A stretch of DNA of 64,000 bases from Auanema rhodensis (taxonomy: Eukaryota > Animalia > Nematoda). The stretch is taken from contig OZ059897.1 in the NCBI GenBank assembly GCA_964057225.1, positions 4,154,001-4,218,000 of the forward strand. The letters run 5' to 3'. Shown here piece after piece: positions 25,101 to 40,400 of this stretch. A model generated the notes under the pieces. That model was not told the DNA's origin. It did not search any database and saw nothing but the letters and a program-made list of their open reading frames with translations. Position numbers and translations under genes: made by a program. Each line of letters starts with the position of its first letter. Position 1 is the stretch's first letter.

Positions 25101-27950
25101 AGAAATCTAAAAACTCCTACTTTTTGTGAAATTATTTAGAAATTTTTCGGGAAAATTTTTGTCAAAATGTTTTTGGAAGCAATGTTGAGTGTACATGGGA
25201 ACTCAGCATACACTAATGCATTATTTTTCAAACGATCATAACTAATTTTTGTATAGAACGTTTCTCAATGTAGTATAGTTCATTCGATGCGGATTTTTAA
25301 GCTGCGTCGATCTGTGTTATCAGATTTGAGTTAGCTTAAAAATGCACCGAGATATCAACTGATATATGTTCACACTTATATCCTTGATTTTCACCCTGAA
25401 GAAATGATTTTTTCGTTAACAAACATTGTCCATCGTATTCGTCTTGAAAAAAGGAATCTAAAAACATCTACTTTTTGTGAAATTATTTAGAAATTTTTCG
25501 GGAAAATTTTTGTCACAATGTTTTTGGAAGCAATGTTGAGTGTACATGGGAACTCAGCATACACTAATGCATTATTTTTCAAACGATCATAACTAATTTT
25601 TGTATGGAGCGTTTCTCAATGTAGTATAGTGCATTCGATGCGGATTTTTTAGCTGCGTTGATCTGTGTTATCAGATTTGCGCTAGCTTAAAAATGCACCG
25701 AGTAATCAACTGATATAGGTTCACACTTATATCCTCGATTTTCACCCTGAAGAATTAATTTTTTCGTTGAATAACATTGTCCATCGTCTTTGCCTTGAAA
25801 AAAGAAATCTAAAAACTCCTACTTTTTGTGAAATTATTTAGAAATTTTTCGGGAAAATTTTTGTCACAATGTTTTTGGAAGCAATGTTGAGTGTACATGG
25901 GAACTCAACATACACTAATGCATTATTTTTCAAACGATCATAACTAATTTTTGTATGGAGCGTTTCTCAATGTAGTATAGTGCATTCGATGCGGATTTTT
26001 AAGCTGCGTTGATCTGTGTTATCAGATTTGCGCTAGCTCAAAAATGCACCGAGTAATCAACTGATATAGGTTCACACTTATATCCTCGATTTTCACCCTG
26101 AAGAATTAATTTTTTCGTTGAATAACATTGTCCATCGTCTTTGCCTTGAAAAAAGAAATCTAAAAACTCCTACTTTTTGTGAAATTATTTAGAAATTTTT
26201 CGGGAAAATTTTTGTCACAATGTTTTTGGAAGCAATGTTGAGTGTACATGGGAACTCAGCATACACTAATGCATTATTTTTCAAACGATCATAACTAATT
26301 TTTGTATGGAGCGTTTCTCAATGTAGTATAGTGCATTCGATGCGGATTTTTAAGCTGCGTTGATCTGTGTTATCAGATTTGCGCTAGCTTAAAAATGCAC
26401 CGAGTAATCAACTGATATAGGTTCACACTTATATCCTCGATTTTCACCCTGAAGAATTAATTTTTTCGTTGAATAACGTTGTCCATCGTCTTTGCCTTGA
26501 AAAAAAAAATCTAAAAACTCCTACTTTTTGTGAAATTATTTAGAAATTTTTCGGGAAAATTTTTGTCACAATGTTTTTGGAAGCAATGTTGAGTGTACAT
26601 GGGAACTCAGCATACACTAATGCATTATTTTTCAAACGATCATAACTAATTTTTGTATAGAGCGTTTCTCAATGTAGTATAGTGCATTCGATGCGGATTT
26701 TTAAGCTGCGTCGATCTGTGTTATCAGATTTGAGTTAGCTTGAAAATGCACCGAGATATCAACTGATATATGTTCACACTTATATCCTCGATTTTCACCC
26801 TGAAGAATTAATTTTTCCGTTGAATAACATTGTCCATCGTCTTTGCCTTGAAAAAAGAAATCTAAAAACTCCTACTTTTTGTGAAATTATTTAGAAATTT
26901 TTCGGGAAAATTTTTGTCAAAATGTTTTTGGAAGCAATGTTGAGTGTACATGGGAACTCAGCATACACTAATGCATTATTTTTCAAACGATCATAACTAA
27001 TTTTTGTATAGAACGTTTCTCAATGTAGTATAGTTCATTCGATGCGGATTTTTAAGCTGCGTCGATCTGTGTTATCAGATTTGAGTTAGCTTAAAAATGC
27101 ACCGAGATATCAACTGATATATGTTCACACTTATATCCTTGATTTTCACCCTGAAGAAATGATTTTTTCGTTAACAAACATTGTCCATCGTATTCGTCTT
27201 GAAAAAAGGAATCTAAAAACATCTACTTTTTGTGAAATTATTTAGAAATTTTTCGGGAAAATTTTTGTCACAATGTTTTTGGAAGCAATGTTGAGTGTAC
27301 ATGGGAACTCAGCATACACTAATGCATTATTTTTCAAACGATCATAACTAATTTTTGTATAGAGCGTTTCTCAATGTAGTATAGTGCATTCGATGCGGAT
27401 TTTTAAGCTGCGTCGATCTGTGTTATCAGATTTGCGCTAGCTTAAAAATGCACCGAGTAATCAACTGATATAGGTTCACACTTATATCCTCGATTTTCAC
27501 CCTGAAGAATTAATTTTTTCGTTGAATAACATTGTCCATCGTCTTTGCCTTGAAAAAAGAAATCTAAAAACTCCTACTTTTTGTGAAATTATTTAGAAAT
27601 TTTTCGGGAAAATTTTTGTCACAATGTTTTTGGAAGCAATGTTGAGTGTACATGGGAACTCAACATACACTAATGCATTATTTTTCAAACGATCATAACT
27701 AATTTTTGTATGGAGCGTTTCTCAATGTAGTGTAGTGCATTCGATGCGGATTTTTAAGCTGCGTTGATCTGTGTTATCAGATTTGCGCTAGCTTAAAAAT
27801 GCACCGAGTAATCAACTGATATAGGTTCACACTTATATCCTCGATTTTCACCCTGAAGAATTAATTTTTTCGTTGAATAACATTGTCCATCGTCTTTGCC
27901 TTGAAAAAAGAAATCTAAAAACTCCTACTTTTTGTGAAATTATTTAGAAA
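22180..27950. repeat. Block duplication at offsets 3,510 and 2,808 bp in a B-type-rich domain
   Basis: gctagctcaaaa at ~22522/26032; tttttccgtt at ~23302/24003/26812; agtgtagtgc at ~24921/27729. Confidence 0.75.
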
Positions 27951-30900
27951 TTTTTCGGGAAAATTTTTGTCACAATGTTTTTGGAAGCAATGTTGAGTGT
28001 ACATGGGAACTCAGCATACACTAATGCATTATTTTTCAAACGATCATAACTAATTTTTGTATGGAGCGTTTCTCAATGTAGTATAGTGCATTCGATGCGG
28101 ATTTTTAAGCTGCGTTGATCTGTGTTATCAGATTTGCGCTAGCTTAAAAATGACCGAGTAATCAACTGATATAGGTTCACACTTATATCCTCGATTTTCA
28201 CCCTGAAGAATTAATTTTTTCGTTGAATAACATTGTCCATCGTCTTTGCCTTGAAAAAAGAAATCTAAAAACTCCTACTTTTTGTGAAATTATTTAGAAA
28301 TTTTTCGGGAAAATTTTTGTCACAATGTTTTTGGAAGCAATGTTGAGTGTACATGGGAACTCAGCATACACTAATGCATTATTTTTCAAACGATCATAAC
28401 TAATTTTTGTATGGAGCGTTTCTCAATGTAGTATAGTGCATTCGATGCGGATTTTTAAGCTGCGTTGATCTGTGTTATCAGATTTGCGCTAGCTTAAAAA
28501 TGCACCGAGTAATCAACTGATATAGGTTCACACTTATATCCTCGATTTTCACCCTGAAGAATTAATTTTTTCGTTAACAAACATTGTCCATCGTATTCGT
28601 CTTGAAAAAAGAAATCTAAAAACTCCTACTTTTTGTGAAATTATTTAGAAATTTTTCGGGAAAATTTTTGTCAAAATGTTTTTGGAAGCAATGTTGAGTG
28701 TACATGGGAACTCAGCATACACTAATGCATTATTTTTCAAACGATCATAACTAATTTTTGTATAGAGCGTTTCTCAATGTAGTATAGTTCATTCGATGCG
28801 GATTTTTAAGCTGCGTCGATCTGTGTTATCAGATTTGAGTTAGCTTAAAAATGCACCGAGATATCAACTGATATATGTTCACACTTATATCCTCGATTTT
28901 CACCCTGAAGAAATGATTTTTTCGTTAACAAACATTGTCCATCGTGTTCGTCTTGAAAAAAGGAATCTAAAAACATCTACTTTTTGTGAAATTATTTAGA
29001 AATTTTTCGGGAAAATTTTTGTCAAAATGTTTTTGGAAGCAATGTTGAGTGTACATGGGAACTCAACATACACTAATGCATTATTTTTCAAACGATCATA
29101 ACTAATTTTTGTATAGAGCGTTTCTCAATGTAGTATAGTGCATTCGATGCGGATTTTTAAGCTGCGTCGATCTGTGTTATCAGATTTGCGCTAGCTTAAA
29201 AATGCACCGAGTAATCAACTGATATAGGTTCACACTTATATCCTCGATTTTCACCCTGAAGAATTAATTTTTTCGTTGAATAACATTGTCCATCGTCTTT
29301 GCCTTGAAAAAAGAAATCTAAAAACTCCTACTTTTTGTGAAATTATTTAGAAATTTTTCGGGAAAATTTTTGTCACAATGTTTTTGGAAGCAATGTTGAG
29401 TGTACATGGGAACTCAACATACACTAATGCATTATTTTTCAAACGATCATAACTAATTTTTGTATGGAGCGTTTCTCAATGTAGTATAGTGCATTCGATG
29501 CGGATTTTTAAGCTGCGTTGATCTGTGTTATCAGATTTGCGCTAGCTTAAAAATGCACCGAGTAATCAACTGATATAGGTTCACACTTATATCCTCGATT
29601 TTCACCCTGAAGAATTAATTTTTTCGTTGAATAACATTGTCCATCGTCTTTGCCTTGAAAAAAGAAATCTAAAAACTCCTACTTTTTGTGAAATTATTTA
29701 GAAATTTTTCGGGAAAATTTTTGTCACAATGTTTTTGGAAGCAATGTTGAGTGTACATGGGAACTCAGCATACACTAATGCATTATTTTTCAAACGATCA
29801 TAACTAATTTTTGTATGGAGCGTTTCTCAATGTAGTATAGTGCATTCGATGCGGATTTTTAAGCTGCGTTGATCTGTGTTATCAGATTTGCGCTAGCTTA
29901 AAAATGCACCGAGTAATCAACTGATATAGGTTCACACTTATATCCTCGATTTTCACCCTGAAGAATTAATTTTTTCGTTGAATAACGTTGTCCATCGTCT
30001 TTGCCTTGAAAAAAAAAATCTAAAAACTCCTACTTTTTGTGAAATTATTTAGAAATTTTTCGGGAAAATTTTTGTCACAATGTTTTTGGAAGCAATGTTG
30101 AGTGTACATGGGAACTCAGCATACACTAATGCATTATTTTTCAAACGATCATAACTAATTTTTGTATAGAGCGTTTCTTAATGTAGTATAGTGCATTCGA
30201 TGCGGATTTTTAAGCTGCGTCGATCTGTGTTATCAGATTTGAGTTAGCTTGAAAATGCACCGAGATATCAACTGATATATGTTCACACTTATATCCTCGA
30301 TTTTCACACTGAAGAATTAATTTTTTCGTTGAATAACATTGTCCATCGTCTTTGCCTTGAAAAAAGAAATCTAAAAACTCCTACTTTTTGTGAAATTATT
30401 TAGAAATTTTTCGGGAAAATTTTTGTCAAAATGTTTTTGGAAGCAATGTTGAGTGTACATGGGAACTCAGCATACACTAATGCATTATTTTTCAAACGAT
30501 CATAACTAATTTTTGTATAGAGCGTTTCTCAATGTAGTATAGTTCATTCGATGCGGATTTTTAAGCTGCGTCGATCTGTGTTATCAGATTTGAGTTAGCT
30601 TAAAAATGCACCGAGATATCAACTGATATATGTTCACACTTATATCCTCGATTTTCACCCTGAAGAAATGATTTTTTCGTTAACAAACATTGTCCATCGT
30701 GTTCGTCTTGAAAAAAGGAATCTAAAAACATCTACTTTTTGTGAAATTATTTAGAAATTTTTCGGGAAAATTTTTGTCAAAATGTTTTTGGAAGCAATGT
30801 TGAGTGTACATGGGAACTCAACATACACTAATGCATTATTTTTCAAACGATCATAACTAATTTTTGTATAGAGCGTTTCTCAATGTAGTATAGTGCATTC

Positions 30901-33900
30901 GATGCGGATTTTTAAGCTGCGTCGATCTGTGTTATCAGATTTGCGCTAGCTTAAAAATGCACCGAGTAATCAACTGATATAGGTTCACACTTATATCCTC
31001 GATTTTCACCCTGAAGAATTAATTTTTTCGTTGAATAACATTGTCCATCGTCTTTGCCTTGAAAAAATAAATCTAAAAACTCCTACTTTTTGTGAAATTA
31101 TTTAGAAATTTTTCGGGAAAATTTTTGTCACAATGTTTTTGGAAGCAATGTTGAGTGTACATGGGAACTCAGCATACACTAATGCATTATTTTTCAAACG
31201 ATCATAACTAATTTTTGTATGGAGCGTTTCTCAATGTAGTATAGTGCATTCGATGCGGATTTTTAAGCTGCGTTGATCTGTGTTATCAGATTTGCGCTAG
31301 CTTAAAAATGCACCGAGTAATCAACTGATATAGGTTCACACTTATATCCTCGATTTTCACCCTGAAGAATTAATTTTTTCGTTGAATAACATTGTCCATC
31401 GTCTTTGCCTTGAAAAAAGAAATCTAAAAACTCCTACTTTTCGTGAAATTATTTAGAAATTTTTCGGGAAAATTTTTGTCACAATGTTTTTGGAAGCAAT
31501 GTTGAGTGTACATGGGAACTCAGCATACACTAATGCATTATTTTTCAAACGATCATAACTAATTTTTGTATAGAGCGTTTCTCAATGTAGTATAGTGCAT
31601 TCGATGCGGATTTTTAAGCTGCGTCGATCTGTGTTATCAGATTTGAGTTAGCTTGAAAATGCACCGAGATATCAACTGATATATGTTCACACTTATATCC
31701 TCGATTTTCACCCTGAAGAATTAATTTTTTCGTTGAATAACATTGTCCATCGTCTTTGCCTTGAAAAAAGGAATCTAAAAACATCTACTTTTTGTGAAAT
31801 TATTTAGAAATTTTTCGGGAAAATTTTTGTCACAATGTTTTTGGAAGCAATGTTGAGTGTACATGGGAACTCAGCATACACTAATGCATTATTTTTCAAA
31901 CGATCATAACTAATTTTTGTATAGAGCGTTTCTCAATGTAGTATAGTGCATTCGATGCGGATTTTTAAGCTGCGTCGATCTGTGTTATCAGATTTGAGTT
32001 AGCTTGAAAATGCACCGAGATATCAACTGATATATGTTCACACTTATATCCTCGATTTTCACCCTGAAGAAATGATTTTTTCGTTGAAAAACATTGTCCA
32101 TCGTATTCGTCTTGAGAAAAGGAATCTAAAAACATCTACTTTTTGTGAAATTATTTAGAAATTTTTCGGGAAAATTTTTGTCACAATGTTTTTGGAAGCA
32201 ATGTTGAGTGTACATGGGAACTCAGCATACACTAATGCATTATTTTTCAAACGATCATAACTAATTTTTGTATAGAGCGTTTCTCAATGTAGTATAGTGC
32301 ATTCGATGCGGATTTTTAAGCTGCGTCGATCTGTGTTATCAGATTTGAGTTAGCTTAAAAATGCACCGAGTAATCAACTGATATAGGTTCACACTTATAT
32401 CCTCGATTTTCACCCTGAAGAATTAATTTTTTCGTTGAATAACATTGTCCATCATCTTTGCCTTGAAAAAAGAAATCTAAAAACTCCTACTTTTTGTGAA
32501 ATTATTCAGAAAATTTTCGGGAAAATTTTTGTCAAAATGTTTTTGGAAGCAATGTTGAGTGTACATGGGAACTCAACATACACTAATGCATTATTTTTCA
32601 AACGATCATAACTAATTTTTGTATGGAGCGTTTCTCAATGTAGTATAGTGCATTCGATGCGGATTTTTAAGCTGCGTTGATCTGTGTTATCAGATTTGCG
32701 CTAGCTTAAAAATGCACCGAGTAATCAACTGATATAGGTTCACACTTATATCCTCGATTTTCACCCTGAAGAATTAATTTTTTCGTTGAATAACATTGTC
32801 CATCGTCTTTGCCTTGAAAAAAGAAATCTAAAAACTCCTACTTTTCGTGAAATTATTTAGAAATTTTTCGGGAAAATTTTTGTCACAATGTTTTTGGAAG
32901 CAATGTTGAGTGTACATGGGAACTCAGCATACACTAATGCATTATTTTTCAAACGATCATAACTAATTTTTGTATAGAGCGTTTCTCAATGTAGTATAGT
33001 GCATTCGATGCGGATTTTTAAGCTGCGTCGATCTGTGTTATCAGATTTGAGTTAGCTTGAAAATGCACCGAGATATCAACTGATATATGTTCACACTTAT
33101 ATCCTCGATTTTCACCCTGAAGAAATGATTTTTTCGTTGAAAAACATTGTCCATCGTATTCGTCTTGAAAAAAGAAATCTAAAAACATCTACTTTTTGTG
33201 AAATTATTCAGAAATTTTTCGGGAAAATTTTTGTCACAATGTTTTTGGAAGCAATGTTGAGTGTACATGGGAACTCAGCATACACTAATGCATTATTTTT
33301 CAAACGATCATAACTAATTTTTGTATGGAGCGTTTTTCAATGTAGTATAGTGCATTCGATGCGGATTTTTAAGCTGCGTTGATCTGTGTTATCAGATTTG
33401 CGCTAGCTTAAAAATGCACCGAGTAATCAACTGATATAGGTTCACACTTATATCCTCGATTTTCACCCTGAAGAATTAATTTTTTCGTTGAATAACATTG
33501 TCCATCGTCTTTGCCTTGAAAAAAAAAATCTAAAAACTCCTACTTTTTGTGAAATTATTTAGAAATTTTTCGGGAAAATTTTTGTCACAATGTTTTTGGA
33601 AGCAATGTTGAGTGTACATGGGAACTCAGCATACACTAATGCATTATTTTTCAAACGATCATAACTAATTTTTGTATGGAGCGTTTTTCAATGTAGTATA
33701 GTGCATTCGATGCGGATTTTTAAGCTGCGTTGATCTGTGTTATCAGATTTGCGCTAGCTTAAAAATGCACCGAGATATCAACTGATATATGTTCACACTT
33801 ATATCCTCGATTTTCACCCTGAAGAAATGATTTTTTCGTTGAAAAACATTGTCCATCGTATTCGTCTTGAAAAAAAGAATCTAAAAACATCTACTTTTTG

Positions 33901-34499
33901 TGAAATTATTCAGAAAATTTTCGGGAAAATTTTTGTCAAAATGTTTTTGGAAGCAATGTTGAGTGTACATGGGAACTCAACATACACTAATGCATTATTT
34001 TTCAAACGATCATAACTAATTTTTGTATGGAGCGTTTCTCAATGTAGTATAGTGCATTCGATGCGGATTTTTAAGCTGCGTTGATCTGTGTTATCAGATT
34101 TGCGCTAGCTTAAAAATGCACCGAGTAATCAACTGATATAGGTTCACACTTATATCCTCGATTTTCACCCTGAAGAATTAATTTTTTCGTTGAATAACAT
34201 TGTCCATCATCTTTGCCTTGAAAAAAGAAATCTAAAAACTCCTACTTTTTGTGAAATTATTTAGAAATTTTTCGGGAAAATTTTTGTCACAATGTTTTTG
34301 GAAGCAATGTTGAGTGTACATGGGAACTCAGCATACACTAATGCATTATTTTTCAAACGATCATAACTAATTTTTGTATGGAGCGTTTCTCAATGTAGTA
34401 TAGTGCATTCGATGCGGATTTTTAAGCTGCGTTGATCTGTGTTATCAGATTCGCGCTAGCTTAAAAATGCACCGAGTAATCAACTGATATAGGTTCTCA

Positions 34500-37400
34500 C
34501 TTATATCCTCGATTTTCACCCTGAAGAATTAATTTTTTCGTTGAATAACATTGTCCATCGTCTTTGCCTTGAAAAAAGAAATCTAAAAACTCCTACTTTT
34601 CGTGAAATTATTTAGAAATTTTTCGGGAAAATTTTTGTCACAATGTTTTTGGAAGCAATGTTGAGTGTACATGGGAACTCAGCATACACTAATGCATTAT
34701 TTTTCAAACGATCATAACTAATTTTTGTATAGAGCGTTTCTCAATGTAGTATAGTGCATTCGATGCGGATTTTTAAGCTGCGTCGATCTGTGTTATCAGA
34801 TTTGAGTTAGCTTGAAAATGCACCGAGATATCAACTGATATATGTTCACACTTATATCCTCGATTTTCACCCTGAAGAAATGATTTTTTCGTTGAAAAAC
34901 ATTGTCCATCGTATTCGTCTTGAAAAAAGAAATCTAAAAACATCTACTTTTTGTGAAATTATTTAGAAATTTTTCGGGAAAATTTTTGTCACAATGTTTT
35001 TGGAAGCAATGTTGAGTGTACATGGGAACTCAGCATACACTAATGCATTATTTTTCAAACGATCATAACTAATTTTTGTATAGAGCGTTTCTCAATGTAG
35101 TATAGTGCATTCGATGCGGATTTTTAAGCTGCGTCGATCTGTGTTATCAGATTTGAGTTAGCTTAAAAATGCACCGAGATATCAACTGATATATGTTCAC
35201 ACTTATATCCTCGATTTTCACCCTGAAGAAATGATTTTTTCGTTGAAAAACATTGTCCATCGTATTCGTCTTGAAAAAAAGAATCTAAAAACATCTACTT
35301 TTTGTGAAATTATTCAGAAATTTTTCGGGAAAATTTTTGTCAAAATGTTTTTGGAAGCAATGTTGAGTGTACATGGGAACTCAACATACACTAATGCATT
35401 ATTTTTCAAACGATCATAACTAATTTTTGTATGGAGCGTTTCTCAATGTAGTATAGTGCATTCGATGCGGATTTTTAAGCTGCGTTGATCTGTGTTATCA
35501 GATTTGCGCTAGCTTAAAAATGCACCGAGTAATCAACTGATATAGGTTCACACTTATATCCTCGATTTTCACCCTGAAGAATTAATTTTTTCGTTGAATA
35601 ACATTGTCCATCGTCTTTGCCTTGAAAAAAGAAATCTAAAAACTCCTACTTTTCGTGAAATTATTTAGAAATTTTTCGGGAAAATTTTTGTCACAATGTT
35701 TTTGGAAGCAACGTTGAGTGTACATGGGAACTCAGCATACACTAATGCATTATTTTTCAAACGATCATAACTAATTTTTGTATGGAGCGTTTCTCAATGT
35801 AGTATAGTGCATTCGATGCGGATTTTTAAGCTGCGTTGATCTGTGTTATCAGATTTGCGCTAGCTTAAAAATGCACCGAGTAATCAACTGATATAGGTTC
35901 ACACTTATATCCTCGATTTTCACCCTGAAGAATTAATTTTTTCGTTGAATAACGTTGTCCATCGTCTTTGCCTTGAAAAAAAAAATCTAAAAACTCCTAC
36001 TTTTTGTGAAATTATTTAGAAATTTTTCGGGAAAATTTTTGTCACAATGTTTTTGGAAGCAATGTTGAGTGTACATGGGAACTCAGCATACACTAATGCA
36101 TTATTTTTCAAACGATCATAACTAATTTTTGTATGGAGCGTTTCTCAATGTAGTATAGTGCATTCGATGCGGATTTTTAAGCTGCGTTGATCTGTGTTAT
36201 CAGATTTGCGCTAGCTTAAAAATGCACCGAGTAATCAACTGATATAGGTTCACACTTATATCCTCGATTTTCACCCTGAAGAATTAATTTTTTCGTTGAA
36301 TAACATTGTCCATCGTCTTTGCCTTGAAAAAAGAAATCTAAAAACTCCTACTTTTTGTGAAATTATTTAGAAATTTTTCGGGAAAATTTTTGTCACAATG
36401 TTTTTGGAAGCAACGTTGAGTGTACATGGGAACTCAGCATACACTAATGCATTATTTTTCAAACGATCATAACTAATTTTTGTATGGAGCGTTTTTCAAT
36501 GTAGTATAGTGCATTCGATGCGGATTTTTAAGCTGCGTCGATCTGTGTTATCAGATTTGAGTTAGCTTAAAAATGCACCGAGTAATCAACTGATATAGGT
36601 TCACACTTATATCCTCGATTTTCACCCTGAAGAATTAATTTTTTCGTTGAATAACATTGTCCATCGTCTTTGCCTTGAAAAAAGAAATCTAAAAACTCCT
36701 ACTTTTTGTGAAATTATTTAGAAATTTTTCGGGAAAATTTTTGTCACAATGTTTTTGGAAGCAATGTTGAGTGTACATGGGAACTCAGCATACACTAATG
36801 CATTATTTTTCAAACGATCATAACTAATTTTTGTATGGAGCGTTTCTCAATGTAGTATAGTGCATTCGATGCGGATTTTTAAGCTGCGTTGATCTGTGTT
36901 ATCAGATTTTCGCTAGCTTAAAAATGCACCGAGTAATCAACTGATATAGGTTCTCACTTATATCCTCGATTTTCACCCTGAAGAATTAATTTTTTCGTTG
37001 AATAACATTGTCCATCGTCTTTGCCTTGAAAAAAGAAATCTAAAAACTCCTACTTTTCGTGAAATTATTTAGAAATTTTTCGGGAAAATTTTTGTCACAA
37101 TGTTTTTGGAAGCAATGTTGAGTGTACATGGGAACTCAGCATACACTAATGCATTATTTTTCAAACGATCATAACTAATTTTTGTATAGAGCGTTTCTCA
37201 ATGTAGTATAGTGCATTCGATGCGGATTTTTAAGCTGCGTCGATCTGTGTTATCAGATTTGAGTTAGCTTGAAAATGCACCGAGATATCAACTGATATAT
37301 GTTCACACTTATATCCTCGATTTTCACCCTGAAGAAATGATTTTTTCGTTGAAAAACATTGTCCATCGTATTCGTCTTGAAAAAAGAAATCTAAAAACAT

Positions 37401-40400
37401 CTACTTTTTGTGAAATTATTTAGAAATTTTTCGGGAAAATTTTTGTCACAATGTTTTTGGAAGCAATGTTGAGTGTACATGGGAACTCAGCATACACTAA
37501 TGCATTATTTTTCAAACGATCATAACTAATTTTTGTATAGAGCGTTTCTCAATGTAGTATAGTGCATTCGATGCGGATTTTTAAGCTGCGTCGATCTGTG
37601 TTATCAGATTTGAGTTAGCTTAAAAATGCACCGAGATATCAACTGATATATGTTCACACTTATATCCTCGATTTTCACCCTGAAGAAATGATTTTTTCGT
37701 TGAAAAACATTGTCCATCGTATTCGTCTTGAAAAAAAGAATCTAAAAACATCTACTTTTTGTGAAATTATTCAGAAATTTTTCGGGAAAATTTTTGTCAA
37801 AATGTTTTTGGAAGCAATGTTGAGTGTACATGGGAACTCAACATACACTAATGCATTATTTTTCAAACGATCATAACTAATTTTTGTATGGAGCGTTTCT
37901 CAATGTAGTATAGTGCATTCGATGCGGATTTTTAAGCTGCGTTGATCTGTGTTATCAGATTTGCGCTAGCTTAAAAATGCACCGAGTAATCAACTGATAT
38001 AGGTTCACACTTATATCCTCGATTTTCACCCTGAAGAATTAATTTTTTCGTTGAATAACATTGTCCATCGTCTTTGCCTTGAAAAAAGAAATCTAAAAAC
38101 TCCTACTTTTCGTGAAATTATTTAGAAATTTTTCGGGAAAATTTTTGTCACAATGTTTTTGGAAGCAACGTTGAGTGTACATGGGAACTCAGCATACACT
38201 AATGCATTATTTTTCAAACGATCATAACTAATTTTTGTATGGAGCGTTTCTCAATGTAGTATAGTGCATTCGATGCGGATTTTTAAGCTGCGTTGATCTG
38301 TGTTATCAGATTTGCGCTAGCTTAAAAATGCACCGAGTAATCAACTGATATAGGTTCACACTTATATCCTCGATTTTCACCCTGAAGAATTAATTTTTTC
38401 GTTGAATAACATTGTCCATCGTCTTTGCCTTGAAAAAAGAAATCTAAAAACTCCTACTTTTTGTGAAATTATTTAGAAATTTTTCGGGAAAATTTTTGTC
38501 ACAATGTTTTTGGAAGCAACGTTGAGTGTACATGGGAACTCAGCATACACTAATGCATTATTTTTCAAACGATCATAACTAATTTTTGTATGGAGCGTTT
38601 TTCAATGTAGTATAGTGCATTCGATGCGGATTTTTAAGCTGCGTCGATCTGTGTTATCAGATTTGAGTTAGCTTAAAAATGCACCGAGTAATCAACTGAT
38701 ATAGGTTCACACTTATATCCTCGATTTTCACCCTGAAGAATTAATTTTTTCGTTGAATAACATTGTCCATCGTCTTTGCCTTGAAAAAAGAAATCTAAAA
38801 ACTCCTACTTTTTGTGAAATTATTTAGAAATTTTTCGGGAAAATTTTTGTCACAATGTTTTTGGAAGCAATGTTGAGTGTACATGGGAACTCAGCATACA
38901 CTAATGCATTATTTTTCAAACGATCATAACTAATTTTTGTATGGAGCGTTTCTCAATGTAGTATAGTGCATTCGATGCGGATTTTTAAGCTGCGTTGATC
39001 TGTGTTATCAGATTTGCGCTAGCTTAAAAATGCACCGAGTAATCAACTGATATAGGTTCTCACTTATATCCTCGATTTTCACCCTGAAGAATTAATTTTT
39101 TCGTTGAATAACATTGTCCATCGTCTTTGCCTTGAAAAAAGAAATCTAAAAACTCCTACTTTTCGTGAAATTATTTAGAAATTTTTCGGGAAAATTTTTG
39201 TCACAATGTTTTTGGAAGCAATGTTGAGTGTACATGGGAACTCAGCATACACTAATGCATTATTTTTCAAACGATCATAACTAATTTTTGTATAGAGCGT
39301 TTCTCAATGTAGTATAGTGCATTCGATGCGGATTTTTAAGCTGCGTCGATCTGTGTTATCAGATTTGAGTTAGCTTGAAAATGCACCGAGATATCAACTG
39401 ATATATGTTCACACTTATATCCTCGATTTTCACCCTGAAGAAATGATTTTTTCGTTGAAAAACATTGTCCATCGTATTCGTCTTGAAAAAAGAAATCTAA
39501 AAACATCTACTTTTTGTGAAATTATTTAGAAATTTTTCGGGAAAATTTTTGTCACAATGTTTTTGGAAGCAATGTTGAGTGTACATGGGAACTCAGCATA
39601 CACTAATGCATTATTTTTCAAACGATCATAACTAATTTTTGTATAGAGCGTTTCTCAATGTAGTATAGTGCATTCGATGCGGATTTTTAAGCTGCGTCGA
39701 TCTGTGTTATCAGATTTGAGTTAGCTTAAAAATGCACCGAGATATCAACTGATATATGTTCACACTTATATCCTCGATTTTCACCCTGAAGAAATGATTT
39801 TTTCGTTGAAAAACATTGTCCATCGTATTCGTCTTGAAAAAAAGAATCTAAAAACATCTACTTTTTGTGAAATTATTCAGAAATTTTTCGGGAAAATTTT
39901 TGTCAAAATGTTTTTGGAAGCAATGTTGAGTGTACATGGGAACTCAACATACACTAATGCATTATTTTTCAAACGATCATAACTAATTTTTGTATGGAGC
40001 GTTTCTCAATGTAGTATAGTGCATTCGATGCGGATTTTTAAGCTGCGTTGATCTGTGTTATCAGATTTGCGCTAGCTTAAAAATGCACCGAGTAATCAAC
40101 TGATATAGGTTCACACTTATATCCTCGATTTTCACCCTGAAGAATTAATTTTTTCGTTGAATAACATTGTCCATCGTCTTTGCCTTGAAAAAAGAAATCT
40201 AAAAACTCCTACTTTTCGTGAAATTATTTAGAAATTTTTCGGGAAAATTTTTGTCACAATGTTTTTGGAAGCAATGTTGAGTGTACATGGGAACTCAGCA
40301 TACACTAATGCATTATTTTTCAAACGATCATAACTAATTTTTGTATGGAGCGTTTTTCAATGTAGTATAGTGCATTCGATGCGGATTTTTAAGCTGCGTT

